From contig MNCI01001825.1 of the NCBI GenBank assembly GCA_015680685.1, positions 436,195 through 500,194 of the forward strand: 64,000 bases of DNA. The letters are read 5' to 3'. This document shows, piece by piece, positions 51,400 through 64,000 of this stretch. The first letter of the stretch is position 1. Each line of letters opens with the position of its first letter. The translations under genes were made by a program, and so were the position numbers. This DNA comes from Gnetum montanum (taxonomy: Eukaryota; Plantae; Gnetophyta). Below the pieces are notes generated by a model. It did not search any database, was not told the DNA's origin, and saw only the letters and a list, made by a program, of their open reading frames with translations.

Positions 51400-52860
51400 G
51401 TCTTTGGTGTATGATACCATAATTTGTTAGATAATCTTGGAACTCATGATTCAAAATTTTTGTACCATTATTAGTATGCAATTTCTTTAATGGTAAGCTG
51501 GCCTATCTCTCCACTGGGGCGTTAAATTTTTTGAAGGTATTAAACACTTCTAATTTGGATTTGATAATGTAAACCCAATTTTTTTTACAAATAGTCATCA
51601 ATATACATCATGAAATACTTGACCCCACCTACTGCTTTCACATTACCATATGAACCTAGATTGGAATGGATAATTTCTAGTTTGGATCTAGCATTTGTTC
51701 TACATTCACAAGAGAATTTTGGTCTTACACGCTTCCCAAATGCACATGATTTGCAAAATGATTCTAAATTCACATTAATATGATATTCCTTCAATTGTTT
51801 TCATAAGTTTTTGCATATAAATTTAGTTTAAATGACCCAATCATAAGTGCCACAAGTAGTCTTCTTGTGACTTATGTATGGCAGCACAAATTACTTCATA
51901 AACTAGGTTTAATTTAAATATTCCATTTACTTCTTTTGTTTTGGCCAACTTGGTTTGTGAGTTATTGTCAAAAATGGTACAGTTGACCTATTTCCCTTGA
52001 TCTTCTTCAAAATTTACTTTGAGTACAGCTGTCACTAACTCAGTCAACAAAAGGAAAGTATGTCCTTTGAGTGCAATTGTGTAGTACACATTCTTGTTCT
52101 AAACTAGTTTATCTGCAATCTTCGTGTTTATATATCATACTTCTTTATATGTGCAAACAGCTTCCATTGGAGTTGTAGCTTCACCAACATTAACTGAATG
52201 AAGATTATGGAATAAGTCACGATTGCTAGATACATATTGTGAACAACCTGAGTCTATGTACCATGTTTGATGCTCTACTTTTCCAACAATAGCATAAGAA
52301 GATATATCCTTAGTAATTGAGATCAGCTCATCCTCAACTAGGTTAATTTCATCCCTTTCCTTAACTGTTTGAATTATTCTTTTGTTTTTGCTGCTTGGTC
52401 ATCTTCCTTTGCATAATTTTTTTTTTTTGGTGATACAGAAGTTTGTAGGTTCTTCAAGTTGAACCAACCGTCTCTTAGTTCATGTCTTGGTTTTCCACAA
52501 ATAAAGCATGTTCTTTTTCGTCTGTCATTATTGTTTATTCTTCAATTGTTATTGTTATTATTTCGTGAGTTGTTCAACTGAATCATATCTCCAATCATAT
52601 TTCCTACTGTATGATCGTGGATTCTTGAAACTAAAGTCAGACTACCAGTATTGCAAAGTCTGGTATTTATCCTAGGGTATTTAAAGCTTGCACAAACCCA
52701 CAATATTTTTCTAGAATTTCTTGTGAACATCTTACAAATTCTTCATTAGAAATCTTCTCATCTCGTATCATTTGCATAATTTTACTAGAAGGGTGGTCTA
52801 TCTTGGCACTAATTTTACTATATGTTATCTTCTGATCTGTTCATTTTCATAGCATTGGTT
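51400..52860 (-). mobile_element. Degenerate Ty1/copia internal fragment (gag knuckle, protease, integrase)
   Basis: CF(I)CGKPRH knuckle, WYIDSGCSQYVS, CKSCAFGK, GGVKYFMMYIDDY, HTNNGT. Confidence 0.85.
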
Positions 52861-52864
52861 GATT

Positions 52865-53104
52865 GTTGAAGAGTTAACAATAGAAAATAACGTTGAACTA
52901 GCTCGACAAAGGAGTCTCACGCCATACGTACTAGCTAATTAAGGAGACATGGTCAACAAAGTGAGATTGAGTTGTAATGTTGGGCAGAACTTCTGGAAGA
53001 TCAGTGAGGAGGTGAAGAAATAAGAAAATGCTAGTTCAACATTATTTTCTATTTTTAAAATGTTATTTTCTAATTTTCATAATTTAGGAACTAACCTCTT
53101 CAAC
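52865..53104. repeat. Small foldback/MITE-like element
   Basis: 24-bp inverted repeat with 1 mismatch at 52879-52902 and 53030-53053; outer inverted match gttgaagag/ctcttcaac. Confidence 0.6.
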
Positions 53105-53986
53105 TTACATACACACATTTGACGCACCTACGACATACAAATAAATTGTTATGAGAAGTCAAAACCCTTCACTTTACGTTCACATCATTTTGTGAGCTAA
53201 AACATTAATGAGTACAATTTTCGTGAGTTACTATAACAACATACATAACTGCTTAACACATTGACTTATTTAGCTGACCCCATTTCATTGGAACATGGCA
53301 AGAATGATGACAACGACATCACTTGACTTATTAATAATCTTGAAATATGAATTACTACCCAACAGGCTGTTTATGTTGCATATGCACTTTAATCAACCTA
53401 AATTAATGGCAAGTTTCTCCTAAATGAACTTGATGAATTGTTATTTGTCCTTCATGTATTTGTCCGTTAGTGCATGTCCGAGTTCTAAGACTCCAGAATT
53501 GTTCAAGGGAAACAAAAATTGCAGTGGGTTCTAACAGGTTAAACGGAAGTGGATCCTCCATTACATTCAACAGGTCACGAGTTAAATCCTAACAATTTAT
53601 ACTGGTATAAATAACTTACGTAAATCAAATAGTTGAAGCTAAATTCTAACCAATAGATCTCTTATGGATCTAATAAAATAAACTTCAGATTCAATTTCAT
53701 TGCCAGTAACTGTAACAATAAGTCATTTCAATCGCCATAGTCATTTTAATTAAAAGCAAATAGTCTAAACACAAGGAATCCATTTATTCGAATTGATAGT
53801 TTTTGTTTAAATATCTGTGACTGTAGCCATTTTAAGAACCAAACATATATTTTGAAAGATATCTTTATCCACAGAAAATTACAAGAAAAACTTTTGTTCG
53901 TGGAAGAAATTAAATGTTGAACTAAACAAAAAGAAATCCACAATAATACAGTTTTCAAAGATAACTTAATACATTCCATTCCTTAC

Positions 53987-54064
53987 CAGACGGTCTATAT
54001 TGGAAGCCAGCTGACACAGGCCCAATTTTGCCAACCATCCACATATTTGTAGGAAAGTCTGCCC
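53987..54064 (-). CDS. OM47: OM47-like exon (most 5' exon found in the window)
   Basis: CAG|...|GTAAG; ADFPTNMWMVGKIGPVSAGFQYRPS; phase joins the exon at 43114. Confidence 0.8.
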
Positions 54065-54299
54065 CTGTAAAGATGATGATTTAAAAATACTAACATCATA
54101 CAGTAACATACATATTTGAACAAAACAATGGAAAAAAATTAACATCCTTGACTCCAAATTTTCAATCCGACACCCTTTTCAAATACACTTTGTAGGATGG
54201 CTTGCAATGCTTTACTGCCAGGAAAAATGTAAGATGTATATATTCATGATGGTTGGCAGCAAACCTTTTCTTTCACACTCCTAGGACCAAAACTGGGAT

Positions 54300-55454
54300 A
54301 TACAGAATCCCTTCACAATCTCAAGGCAAATGATTTATGACACCCATCAAATGAGAGAAATGTCATTTACGGGCAAAGGGAAATACCTCTATTTTGATTG
54401 TACATATCCAGAAAACTGTTAGGGATGTAGACACCGTATTCCTGACCCATCATGTTACAAAGGAGAGAGTTTGGGGAGCCATCCAACCCATAAGAGATAA
54501 TAAAGTCCCAGGACCAGAGGGATGATGGTGGAATTCTTAAGAGGTTCTGTCAGGATTATGGGCAAAATCTAACATATGCTCTGCCGTAATGCTCAGTAGG
54601 GAGGAAGTCAAAAAGGATATTAACAGTATGCATATTGTTCTTGTGTCCAAAAAGCCAAAAAGCCACCGGCCTAAGGACTTCAAACACATTAAAGTATGTT
54701 ACGTTATCCTCTGGATTATTTCAAAGATCTGTATAAATCATCTTACCCCATATTTCCTAGAGTTGTCTCTTCAAACCAGGCCAGTTTCATCAGAAACAGG
54801 TACATCCAAGATCAGACCATTCTGCTTCATGAACTCATGCATTATTGTCATAAATTTCAGTTCCAATGATGTTTCTTAAACTGGATATTGTTAAAGCATA
54901 TAACACTGTGAGCTACAATACCCTACAACAAACAATGCTTCAGAAAGATCTTCCATAACCATTTTGGACAGCTATTTCATGGTATCCAGTAAACTGCAAG
55001 TTTTCCAATCAATATCAATGGTACATCATGTGAATTCTTCTCATCCACACAAAAGGGACACTCTCTTCCCCTACCTATTCATCATCACCATGCATAAAGT
55101 AAGTACTCCTTAGGAAACAAGGAGTACAATTCATTTCTGTGGGCCTAATATAATGTCTCATTAGCCATCATGCTGATGATAACATGATTATCACCAAGGA
55201 GATCTCATCAAATGCCACTGCTATCAAGAGAGGCCTAGATGCTCTGTCACAACAATTTGGACTTGCTATAAATGAACAAAAATCCATTGTTCATTTCATT
55301 CACAGTTCTTCCAGAAGAACCAATATTCTCTAGCTCCTCAACGTGATTGTGCACTCCTAACAATATTTATCTATGGCCTCTAATATACTTAGGTTGGAAT
55401 CTTGGACTGAATGTCCTTTGTCAAGCAAACCCAAATGCATTCTTGCTTTCTTAA
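54300..55454 (+). mobile_element. Old L1 RT fragment, left part; split by LINE copy 3 and continuing at 62052
   Basis: NKVPGPEG, FLKLDIVKAY, HADDNMII. Confidence 0.8.
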
Positions 55455-55672
55455 TTTTTTTTTTTTTTGAAAAATTATAGTACAAGAGTATACAGTTCAA
55501 GGGTCATCAGAGATGGCCCACAGAAAAGAGAAAGGAGGGGGTGGAAAGCCCAATGCAAAAACACCGGCACCCCAACTCGACAAAACTTTGCACCCGGGGG
55601 GGGCGCACCCACACCAAATGACAAAGAAAAAGGGGGCAAAAAATCTCCTTATCGGCGGCGGGGGAGGGGCCC

Positions 55673-55930
55673 TTAGGGGCGAGTCGGCAAATGACGACAG
55701 GCGCAGTGCGGACGTTCAAGTTCATGGAGCAGGTCCAAGGTGTTGCGATGCTCCTCGGTATCCATGAAGTTTGCCGCCTATTGGATACCTTGCATAGCAG
55801 ACTCCCGCCTGCTCCGGTCCGCTCGTGAATCCCCCACGTCCGGATGATAATGCGCTAAGGTTCATCGGATATGTCTCCGGAGCTACCCCCAGGAGCTCTC
55901 ACAGCTGATGCCCAAGATGAGGTATGGGCA
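55673..55930 (-). pseudogene. J-domain and terminal stop of LINE copy 3
   Basis: CPYLILGISCESSWG*LRRHIR*TLAHYHPDVGDSRADRSRRESAMQGIQ*AANFMDTEEHRNTLDLLHELERPHCACRHLPTRP*; HPD at 55838-55846. Confidence 0.85.
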
Positions 55931-58900
55931 TCGNAGCTCATGTTGTCGTATCTGCTCTTGTTCGCGCTCGTGGAACTGGGCTTCTCGCTCTTTCCATTTT
56001 ACCTCCCATTCCCGCCGCTCCGCCTCCCGCGCAACAGTAGCGACTCATTGTTCAGCTTGTTGCAGCTCCTCAGCCCAGTTNGTCAAGCTGGCTTTGTCTC
56101 TACTCCTCCTCCTCCTATAAGCGCTCCTGCTCCGCCCTTTCCACCTCCTCTTGAGCTCTACAGGCTACGTCCTCCTGTCTCAATTCCTCCCGCACCTAGG
56201 CCCGGATCTCGTCAACGAGCTGGGCTCGAGCAGCCTCCACCATGAGCTCATGTTGTCGTATCTGCTCTTGTTCGCGCTCGTGGAACTGGGCTTCTCGCTC
56301 TTTCCATTTTACCTCCCATTCCCGCCGCTCCGCCTCCCGCGCAACAGTAGCGACTCATTGTTCAGCTTGTTGCAGCTCCTCAGCCCAGTTGGAGCGGTCG
56401 CTGGGGGGTCTAGCAAGGGGGGAGCCGTCCTGGTAGCAGGGAGGCATGGGCCTCGTTGGGAACGACATCCCCAAGCGAAGGTTGTTGTTGGCAGAGTCCA
56501 GCGAGTCTCCTAGTTGGGCGAGGCTGGGGGGCAGGGGGGCAGCAAGTGTGACCCCCCGGGGGGGGAGAGGNNNNNNNNNNNNNNNNNNNNNNNNNNNNNN
56601 NNNNNNNNNNNNNNNNNNNNNNNNNNNNNNNNNNNNNNNNNNNNNNNNNNNNNNNNNNNNNNNNNNNNNNNNNNNNNNNNNNNNNNNNNNNNNNNNNNNN
56701 NNNNNNNNNNNNNNNNNNNNNNNNNNNNNNNNNNNNNNNNNNNNNNNNNNNNNNNNNNNNNNNNNNNNNNNNNNNNNNNNNNNNNNNNNNNNNNNNNNNN
56801 NNNNNNNNNNNNNNNNNNNNNNNNNNNNNNNNNNNNNNNNNNNNNNNNNNNNNNNNNNNNNNNNNNNNNNNNNNNNNNNNNNNNNNNNNNNNNNNNNNNN
56901 NNNNNNNNNNNNNNNNNNNNNNNNNNNNNNNNNNNNNNNNNNNNNNNNNNNNNNNNNNNNNNNNNNNNNNNNNNNNNNNNNNNNNNNNNNNNNNNNNNNN
57001 NNNNNNNNNNNNNNNNNNNNNNNNNNNNNNNNNNNNNNNNNNNNNNNNNNNNNNNNNNNNNNNNNNNNNNNNNNNNNNNNNNNNNNNNNNNNNNNNNNNN
57101 NNNNNNNNNNNNNNNNNNNNNNNNNNNNNNNNNNNNNNNNNNNNNNNNNNNNNNNNNNNNNNNNNNNNNNNNNNNNNNNNNNNNNNNNNNNNNNNNNNNN
57201 NNNNNNNNNNNNNNNNNNNNNNNNNNNNNNNNNNNNNNNNNNNNNNNNNNNNNNNNNNNNNNNNNNGGGGGGGGGGGCTGTCCTGCTGGAAAACAATGTG
57301 GTTGCACGCCTTCCAAGTGACCCATAAAAGCATTGACGCCCAAGAGTTGCCTGTCAACTGCCTCGAGGGGGGCACCGCCGCCTCTCGCCAAGTGGCGCGC
57401 ATGCAGGCGCATTCATAAATGAAGTGTGTGATTGTTTCAGGCACGGCACCACAACGAGGACACGTGTCATCCTGCATGATGCCGCGCCTATGCAGGACGA
57501 CGCGTACGGGGAGCGCATCGGACCGTATCAACCATAAAAATATTTTGATTTTTTCGGGGAGCCGCCCGTGCTAGATCTGCTGCCAACCGTCCTCCGGTGA
57601 AAATTTTGCTGTCAGCCGGGCACGCGGCTCGAGGTCCTGCCAACCCTGGGTCAGCATCGTTCGCGCGTGCTGGTAGATCGTCTGCCAGGGCCGCAAGGCA
57701 AGCGTTCCGACGTCCCATTACGTGTACTTACCATTGATGATGCAGGCCCACTGACTCGGCTCCCCGTGCATGCGTGTTAGGCGGTGTAGGAGCCATTGTT
57801 GCCCAAGCATGATTTCATCCTCAAACGTCGTAATGCCCAGCCCCCCGCCTTACAGGGGTGCACNGAGCATGATTTCGTCCTCAAACGTCGTAATGCCCAG
57901 CCCCCCGCCTTACAGGGGTGCACGATGTGGGTCCAATTCACGAGGTGAAGCTTGCCCCCCCCTCTGCCCCCATCCCCCAAAACAAAGCTTCAGACCATCT
58001 TGTTAATCTGTTGGGTAATGGCAATTGGGGGAACGGCAACGGCCGCCACAAAACGTGTGACAACCATGAGAATCCCGATTGCCACAAGGAGACGGCCTTT
58101 GCGCGTAAGAAAGCGATTGGCCCAATGGTTCGTCTGCCTTTCAACCTTCGCCAGGAGTGGCCCCCACGAATTGTTTCGGCCCCATTGGAATAGCAGGATG
58201 CCCAGGTATGTGTCTTTAGTTTTCCCAGGCGAGATGTCTAGGATTTGCACCACCCTGCCTTTTACTTGCGCAACAACATTAATGAAATGTGCCGCAGACT
58301 TAGTGCGGTTGATTTCCAATCCCAACTCCTCTGCTAGTCAGGTCAGGGCCGTGTTAATACATTGTGCTTGTGGGACCACTACCCAGCTAAGCAACATGGT
58401 GTCATTAGCGTAGTGTTCGGCCCAGCAGGTCACCCCAGCGATGTCCAAACCCTCCACCCCGGACGTGCTGCAGTAATGTTGCATGAGGTCCATAGCAATG
58501 ATGAAGAGCAAGGGCGAAAGTGGGTCGCCCTGTCTCAAACCCCTACCAGGGGATGAGAAGCCCCACAGCCGGCCCCCCACATCGAACGAGAAACCGGAGA
58601 AGAATTGGATGTGCATACACAGTTGGATGAAACTTTGATCAAACCCTTTTTGATGCATAATGGTTTGTAAGGCTTCCCAACTGAGCGTATCGTATGCTTT
58701 AGCTATATCAAGCTTGAGACATAGACCGGGGAAGCCCATAGTCCGGAGGGAGTGCAGCACCTCCTGCATGAGGAGAACCTGATCCTGAAGGATCCTACCT
58801 TGCACAAAACCAACCTGATTGATTCCCACCAGCTTGGGCAGAAGGAGCCCGAGCCGGTTGACTAGGAGTTTGGAGAAGATCCTGATAAGGACGTTGCAAA

Positions 58901-61769
58901 CTCCAATGGGACGGAAGTGCTCCAAGCGGTGTGCGTCCAACTGTTTGGGTATGCACACGATTCAAGAGCAATTGATTTCCCGTCGCACTTGTCGCCTGGC
59001 TAGCATGAGGTTGAACACATCCAAGATATTGGGCCCCACAATATCCATAAAACTTTTGAAGAATTCAAGGGACCATCCATCCGGTCTAGGCGCCTTCCCT
59101 CCCAGCATGCTGTTGATAGTGGTAGTCAGTTCCAGCTAGGAAAAAGGGGCCATCAGTCTTCTGTTTGTCTCCTTCGTGGAGCACCTTCTCCACGTGGACC
59201 GAGATGGGTTGAGTAGGCCGCTTGGTCCAAATTTCCCCCCAGTATTGTGACAACTCATTGGCGATCCCCTGCGAGTCGTTGATGACATCATCGGTCTGGG
59301 TTCTCAAGCAACGGGCGTGGTTCTCCCCTCGAGTTTTGGCCATGGCAAAGAAGAATTTTGTCTGTCTGTCCCCTTCTCGGAGCCATCTGACCCGGGAGCG
59401 CTGCCGCCAATACGTTTCCTCCTCCAGGTCAAGGTGCTAGAGTTGACGTAGGAGACGCAGTTCCTCCAGATGCAAGTCCTCCCCTGTCTCCTGCCAGCCC
59501 TGGATTTGACCGAGCTGATCCCAAACCACCCTTTGACTAGATCTAAAGGAAAATTTCTCCTCCACTGGGAGAGCCCGGANAAGCTGATCCCAAACCACCC
59601 TTTGACTAGATCTAAAGGAAAATTTCTCCTCCACTGGGAGAGCCCGGATGGCCCACTTTAGGCGGAGCAGGGCCTCTTTGAGGAAATTTCGGGGGTCAAC
59701 ATGGTCAGGCCGATAATCAACCCAAATATCCTCAACCAAAGGCCGTAACCATGGTTTGGAGAGCCATGTGGCCTCGAAATGAAAGGGGCGTGGGGCCCAG
59801 GGTTTATCTGGTCCGAGCGAACAAACCAACGAGCGATGATCGGAGGTGACTTTTTCTTGTCCCATCACGTGCACAGTGGTGCGGAGGAGGAGGTCGGAGC
59901 TGACACAGACCCGATCGATGCGGGAGAGAATACGATTTGAACCTTTTCATCGGTTGCTCCAAGTGAACTGGCAGTTTTCAATGGGTAAGTCCACTAGGGA
60001 GTGAGTGGCCAGGAAGTCCAAGAAAGCCTGTGCACCCGAAGGCGGGGGGGGGGGGGGGGCNTGACCAACTTCTACGGGGCACAGGCTTGGGAGCTGAGGT
60101 TGTAAGAGTTGAACCGGGTGGCGACGTTGGTGCCAAACCACCATTCCTGGATAGTGGTGGGTGACTTCAACCAACATCTACACCCGTGGGAGAAGTCTGG
60201 GGGNNNNNNNNNNNNNNNNNNNNNNNNNNNNNNNNNNNNNNNNNNNNNNNNNNNNNNNNNNNNNNNNNNNNNNNNNNNNNNNNNNNNNNNNNNNNNNNNN
60301 NNNNNNNNNNNNNNNNNNNNNNNNNNNNNNNNNNNNNNNNNNNNNNNNNNNNNNNNNNNNNNNNNNNNNNNNNNNNNNNNNNNNNNNNNNNNNNNNNNNN
60401 NNNNNNNNCTGGAGGCAAACGATGTCACAGTTTTCTTCTTTAACAATACGACGCAGGGTATTTCTTTTGTAGGGGGTACCCTGTCCCCTGCAATTCCAGT
60501 TGAAAACCTTCATGTATGACTAGAGGTACGACGTTGGTAGACCTCCCGAAGGGTCTGTTGCTGCCCCAAGTCGATATCCCTCTAGGCCTGTTTGCTCCTG
60601 GATCTGATCTCGGTCGGTCGGCCTAGGCGGCCCTCGCCGTCCTGCACCACTGGGCTACACCTGGCCTCCTCGACAAGGGACTCCTACGCCTAGCGCCGTT
60701 GGGTTCAGGTGCTCCCCTGAACCACGTTAACCCATTCCCCCAAAGGGGGGAGCACAGGTCCTGGTTCTGTAGTGTTCGGTTGGGCTGTGGGTGACCGGGG
60801 GGAGGCCNNNNNNNNNNNNNNNNNNNNNNNNNNAGCAGGGGCTTTGCTATTGCGTGGGAGGGGCTTTGCGAGTGGGGGGGGGCAAGGTAGAGGGGGGCGA
60901 GGTAGGGGAGCAGGGGGGTTACTTCGGGCGGGGGGGTCGGACGGGGGGCGCAAATGTCCTTTGCGTCCCATGGTAACCCAGTTGCCCCCCTTGAACAACT
61001 GTCGTGCTAGGGCTCTCGGCCTCACCTTGCGAAATCGACATTATGCTTCGAGGTGTCTGGGTTTCCCGCAACACCCGCACCCATCAGGTCTACTCACTTG
61101 GCTGTTCGTGCCACGCGTCGGGGTAGGATCCACACCCAGGTTTTCGAAAGTCACTTGGAGGGTTTCCTCCCCCCCTAGGGAGTTCCAACAGTACCTCCCG
61201 GACGAGGTCGGTCTCCGACAGACTACGCCAGACGCAGAAGCATGCGAAGCCCATTCCCTCCATCGATCGCATGACGCGGTCGAAGGCAATGAAGTCACCG
61301 AAAAACCCCACAACCTCCGTCAAGAACTCAAGGTTCCAGAGTTCCTAGGGAATGCTAGCCACCCTCACCCAGACCGGGGCCCAGGTGAACAAGTCGGGCT
61401 CTCGGTGGGCCCTGGGGTGCCAAGGGGTCAAGGCGAGCCCCCGAGCGCCGTAGAACCACGGGCCACCGAGCAACACAGAGTCCCTGGCCTGCAAGGAATG
61501 GAGAACAAAGAGGAGCAGGTCCTCGGAAAGGCTCCGAACATCGACGTCACCCACTTTTCATTGCTCCTTCGCCCACTGGCGGATGAGGTCCAGTCGCGGG
61601 TGGGCCCCTCGAGAGATGAAGCGGCCAATGAGGCTCCTCTCCATAGTGTGGACGCCCTCGAACGGGGGGTGGTGGACCTGCAGCCGCAATGTGTGGTCAC
61701 TGCGGGAGTGGGCCTCGATGGCGCTACCGGGTTTCTCAGCCCCCAACCCATTGGGTCCATCCCCAGCAG

Positions 61770-62051
61770 AAGAGGTTACTGCAGTTGCTGCGTTGGTTGC
61801 CGCTCCAGCAGTTGTTGTTGCTCCTGCTGCTGCTCCGGTTGCTGCTGCTACTGCTCCTGCCGTTGCTGCTGCACTGACGGCTGCTACTGCTTCGGCTGTT
61901 TTCGCTACTGTTGTTGCTGCTGCTGCTGCTACGCCTATTGCTGCTGTTGCGCCTGTTGCGGTCGACATTGCTGCTGCGCCTGTTGCTGTTGTTGGACCTG
62001 TTGCGGTCGACATTGCTGCTACGCCTATTGCTGCTATTACGCCTATTGCGC
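61770..62051 (-). repeat. GCA-rich low-complexity repeat at the 5' end of copy 3, encoding an Ala/Thr-rich ORF1 N-terminus
   Basis: Repeated gcagcaatgtcgaccgcaacagg and gcagcaataggcgta units; ORF 61558-62013 runs into DUF4283. Confidence 0.8.
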
Positions 62052-62330
62052 GCTTTCTTAATTCTTATTGCAATGGCCATGGACAAATACAGGATTAGTT
62101 ATCTCTCCGCAAAAAGTTGAAAATATAGCTATACCCCATTCTCTCAAAAAATAACAGAAAACAACAAAACAAAATAAGTAAAGAAAACTAGCCCCATTGT
62201 CATGACTTCATTTGGTCTAGAGGTAAGAACTGCAACAAGATACATCTTCTGAGATGGAAGAAGACTGCCAAGCCAAAGGAGGTGGGGGCACTGGGAGATG
62301 CTCAAAATGGAACATTGTGTGTTTATTAGA
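62052..62330 (+). mobile_element. Old L1 fragment, right part (continuation of 54300-55454)
   Basis: GKNCNKIHLLRWKKTAKPKEVGALG post-RT motif. Confidence 0.7.
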
Positions 62331-63451
62331 CTTGCAAGGCTAATTGACCAAATGCAGACACAACAACACAATTCAATTTGCTTGGCTGTCTGTAATTATA
62401 ACCGGTAAGAGAAGACTTTGTAGGCATCAGTTAGAGTTTTTGTTTTACACCTCTCCATTGGGCAACTCTCATATACCAAAGTCTTCTCATGAAGTATGAT
62501 CATAACTCTAAACTTTAATGATAACTGTGCTATGTGATCTTTCTACAGTTATGAGTACCATAAGTCTTACTTAACTGCTTACAAATCCTCTTAGTGATGA
62601 ATAAAGTTACATTGATTTAATTCATAACTTAGTACTTATTATAAGCTATCTAAAAACTATTGTCTCTGGTTCTAGTAAATCATAACATCATTTGTGGGCT
62701 TGCTATCACCCTAAATTAGGTTGTACTAAGTTCCTAGGAACCTCTTATATTTTAGTGGTGTTGCTACCTTCCTCTGGCATTGCTACAACTTTTATCTTGT
62801 TGTAACATCTTCTTTGCATTGTGAGTTCATGGCACAATTACAATGCTTTCTGGTAACTATTCTCCTTCATCTTACATGGGCTAGGCCACTCTAGACTTCT
62901 TCAGCAATCCACTACTAAGTTGGTTCAACTGCTCTACAACAATTGATAAACTACTACCTCAACGTAGTATGTCCTATAATCACAACCTTTATAGCTACAC
63001 CTTTTGTGACACCTTCATTCAACTCATTCTGCTGAATTTCTTCATGTTTGTGATGCCCCAATCTACCTTTTGGTGTTGGGTATATCTCAAACTTCAACTT
63101 CTCTTACTAAAGTAACCCTTAGGTACCATTTGGTAGTGATGGGAACTTTAGCTTTTTTTGTTCCTCTTCATACTTATTGTAACGAACCACTTCTCCTTAA
63201 GGTTTTGCATTAATGATTGTAATAGTCTTTCTATGTGTTTGTGTGCATGTTTTGTTGTGAGATTCTATGCGTTTTACTTGGACTATGGTACAAGTGACTG
63301 ATTGGAATAGCAATAAATTTGTTGACCTAATTTTTATATGTATTATGATTAAATGTTTAAATACTTTATGCATAAGAATTATGCTTTAAATACATGCTAG
63401 GAGTGTTTTAAAAAATAATAAATATATGGGAAAATTAAAAAAATTGTTCTA

Positions 63452-64000
63452 TTGGTGGAGTGGAGAGCAATGGGAAAGATGGGAGCGAGAATGGCGGGAG
63501 TGATGGGAGTGGGAGTGGGAGCAACGGGAGCAGGGGCCAAAGAGAGCAATGGTGTAACAAGGCATGGGCTTGGCCCACATCAAGGGAGCTTTGGGGCCAA
63601 GCGGTTGGTGAGAAGAATGAAACCCAAGGAGAGGCAAGTGGAGAAGAGGACAGGCATGGGGTGCGGGTTAGGGTTTCCACGAAGGAGAGAGGAAATGAGG
63701 ACTTTGAAGCTTGTTCCAAGGAAGGGGCCATCATGTGGCTCAAGGTGGGTTGCCTGCCTAAGGAGACATTGCAAGCGCTGGAGTAGAGTTTGCTGGGAAA
63801 ATTTGTGTCCAAAGGGGCACACCCAAGGATGGACCTGATCAGAAGATGGGTCAAGGTAGCCTAGGGCCTGGAGAACATCTGCGTAAGGAGCCTAGCAGAT
63901 GACCACCTGCTCTTTAGCTTCCAAACAGATGAGGATAGAGAGAGGGTGCTCTTGGGGGGCTCGTGGTTCTATGGGGCCCAAGGGCTTGCTTTGGCCCCTT
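63452..64000 (+). mobile_element. 5' end (ORF1, DUF4283) of another related L1 LINE, running off the window
   Basis: LE*SLLGKFVSKGAHPRMDLIRRW...RSLADDHLLF...LLGGSWFYGAQGLALAP, homologous to ORF1 of copy 3. Confidence 0.85.

Larger units (their letters stand above)
55457..62051 (-). mobile_element. L1-clade LINE copy 3, near full length (ORF1 DUF4283 + CCHC; ORF2 APE-RT-zf-RVT-[gap]-coiled coil-J-domain)
   Basis: TSD GCTTTCTTAA(TT) at 55445 and 62052; poly-T to 55468; ORF2 ATG 60513 MKVFNWNCRG; ORF1 SLIGRF..LGGPWFYG..PVWVRV and knuckle CGCCGKPRH. Confidence 0.93.

Noticed and set aside
55935-56080. Apparent duplication of the coiled-coil region (also short duplications at 49272, 51241-51290, 57864 and 59580)
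   Set aside because: Near-exact copies that abut single-n joins; assembly artefacts
60062-60203. Endonuclease segment inverted relative to LINE copy 3, resembling a twin-priming inversion
   Set aside because: Bounded by a single n and an N gap at G tracts; most simply a mis-oriented contig
60772-62120. Long plus-strand ORFs with poly-Cys, poly-Leu or poly-Ala
   Set aside because: Antisense shadow frames of GC-rich ORF1 and its GCA repeat
62144-62371. Possible next OM47 exon (contains MGL)
   Set aside because: The plus strand carries an L1 post-RT motif and there is no convincing OM47 similarity or splice sites

Overview
AT-rich land-plant nuclear DNA from a draft assembly (N gaps; several single-n joins with locally duplicated or flipped sequence). 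There are two host genes, both on the minus strand and both running off the window. SMG8, an NMD factor, has exons at 10794-10225 and 9758-6882; its last exon lies left of base 1. An OM47-like mitochondrial outer-membrane beta-barrel gene has 8 exons between 54064 and 21138, with 6-11 kb TE-filled introns. The rest is mostly transposon debris: L1-clade and RTE LINEs, two copia remnants, a probable solo LTR, an inverted pair of Merlin/ISXO2-like DNA transposons and small repeats. The main observation is a GC-rich L1-clade LINE family (copies at 15466-20299, 47718-51240 and 55457-62051, plus a relative at 1-3232). Its ORF2 does not end in RNase H after the zf-RVT finger. It continues into a domain resembling the plant-transposon Transposase_32 domain, then a Pro/Gly linker, a coiled coil and a C-terminal DnaJ-type J-domain with the HPD motif. 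The ORF track misses this module because stop codons break it up. All translations and alignments were done by eye; no database searches were run.
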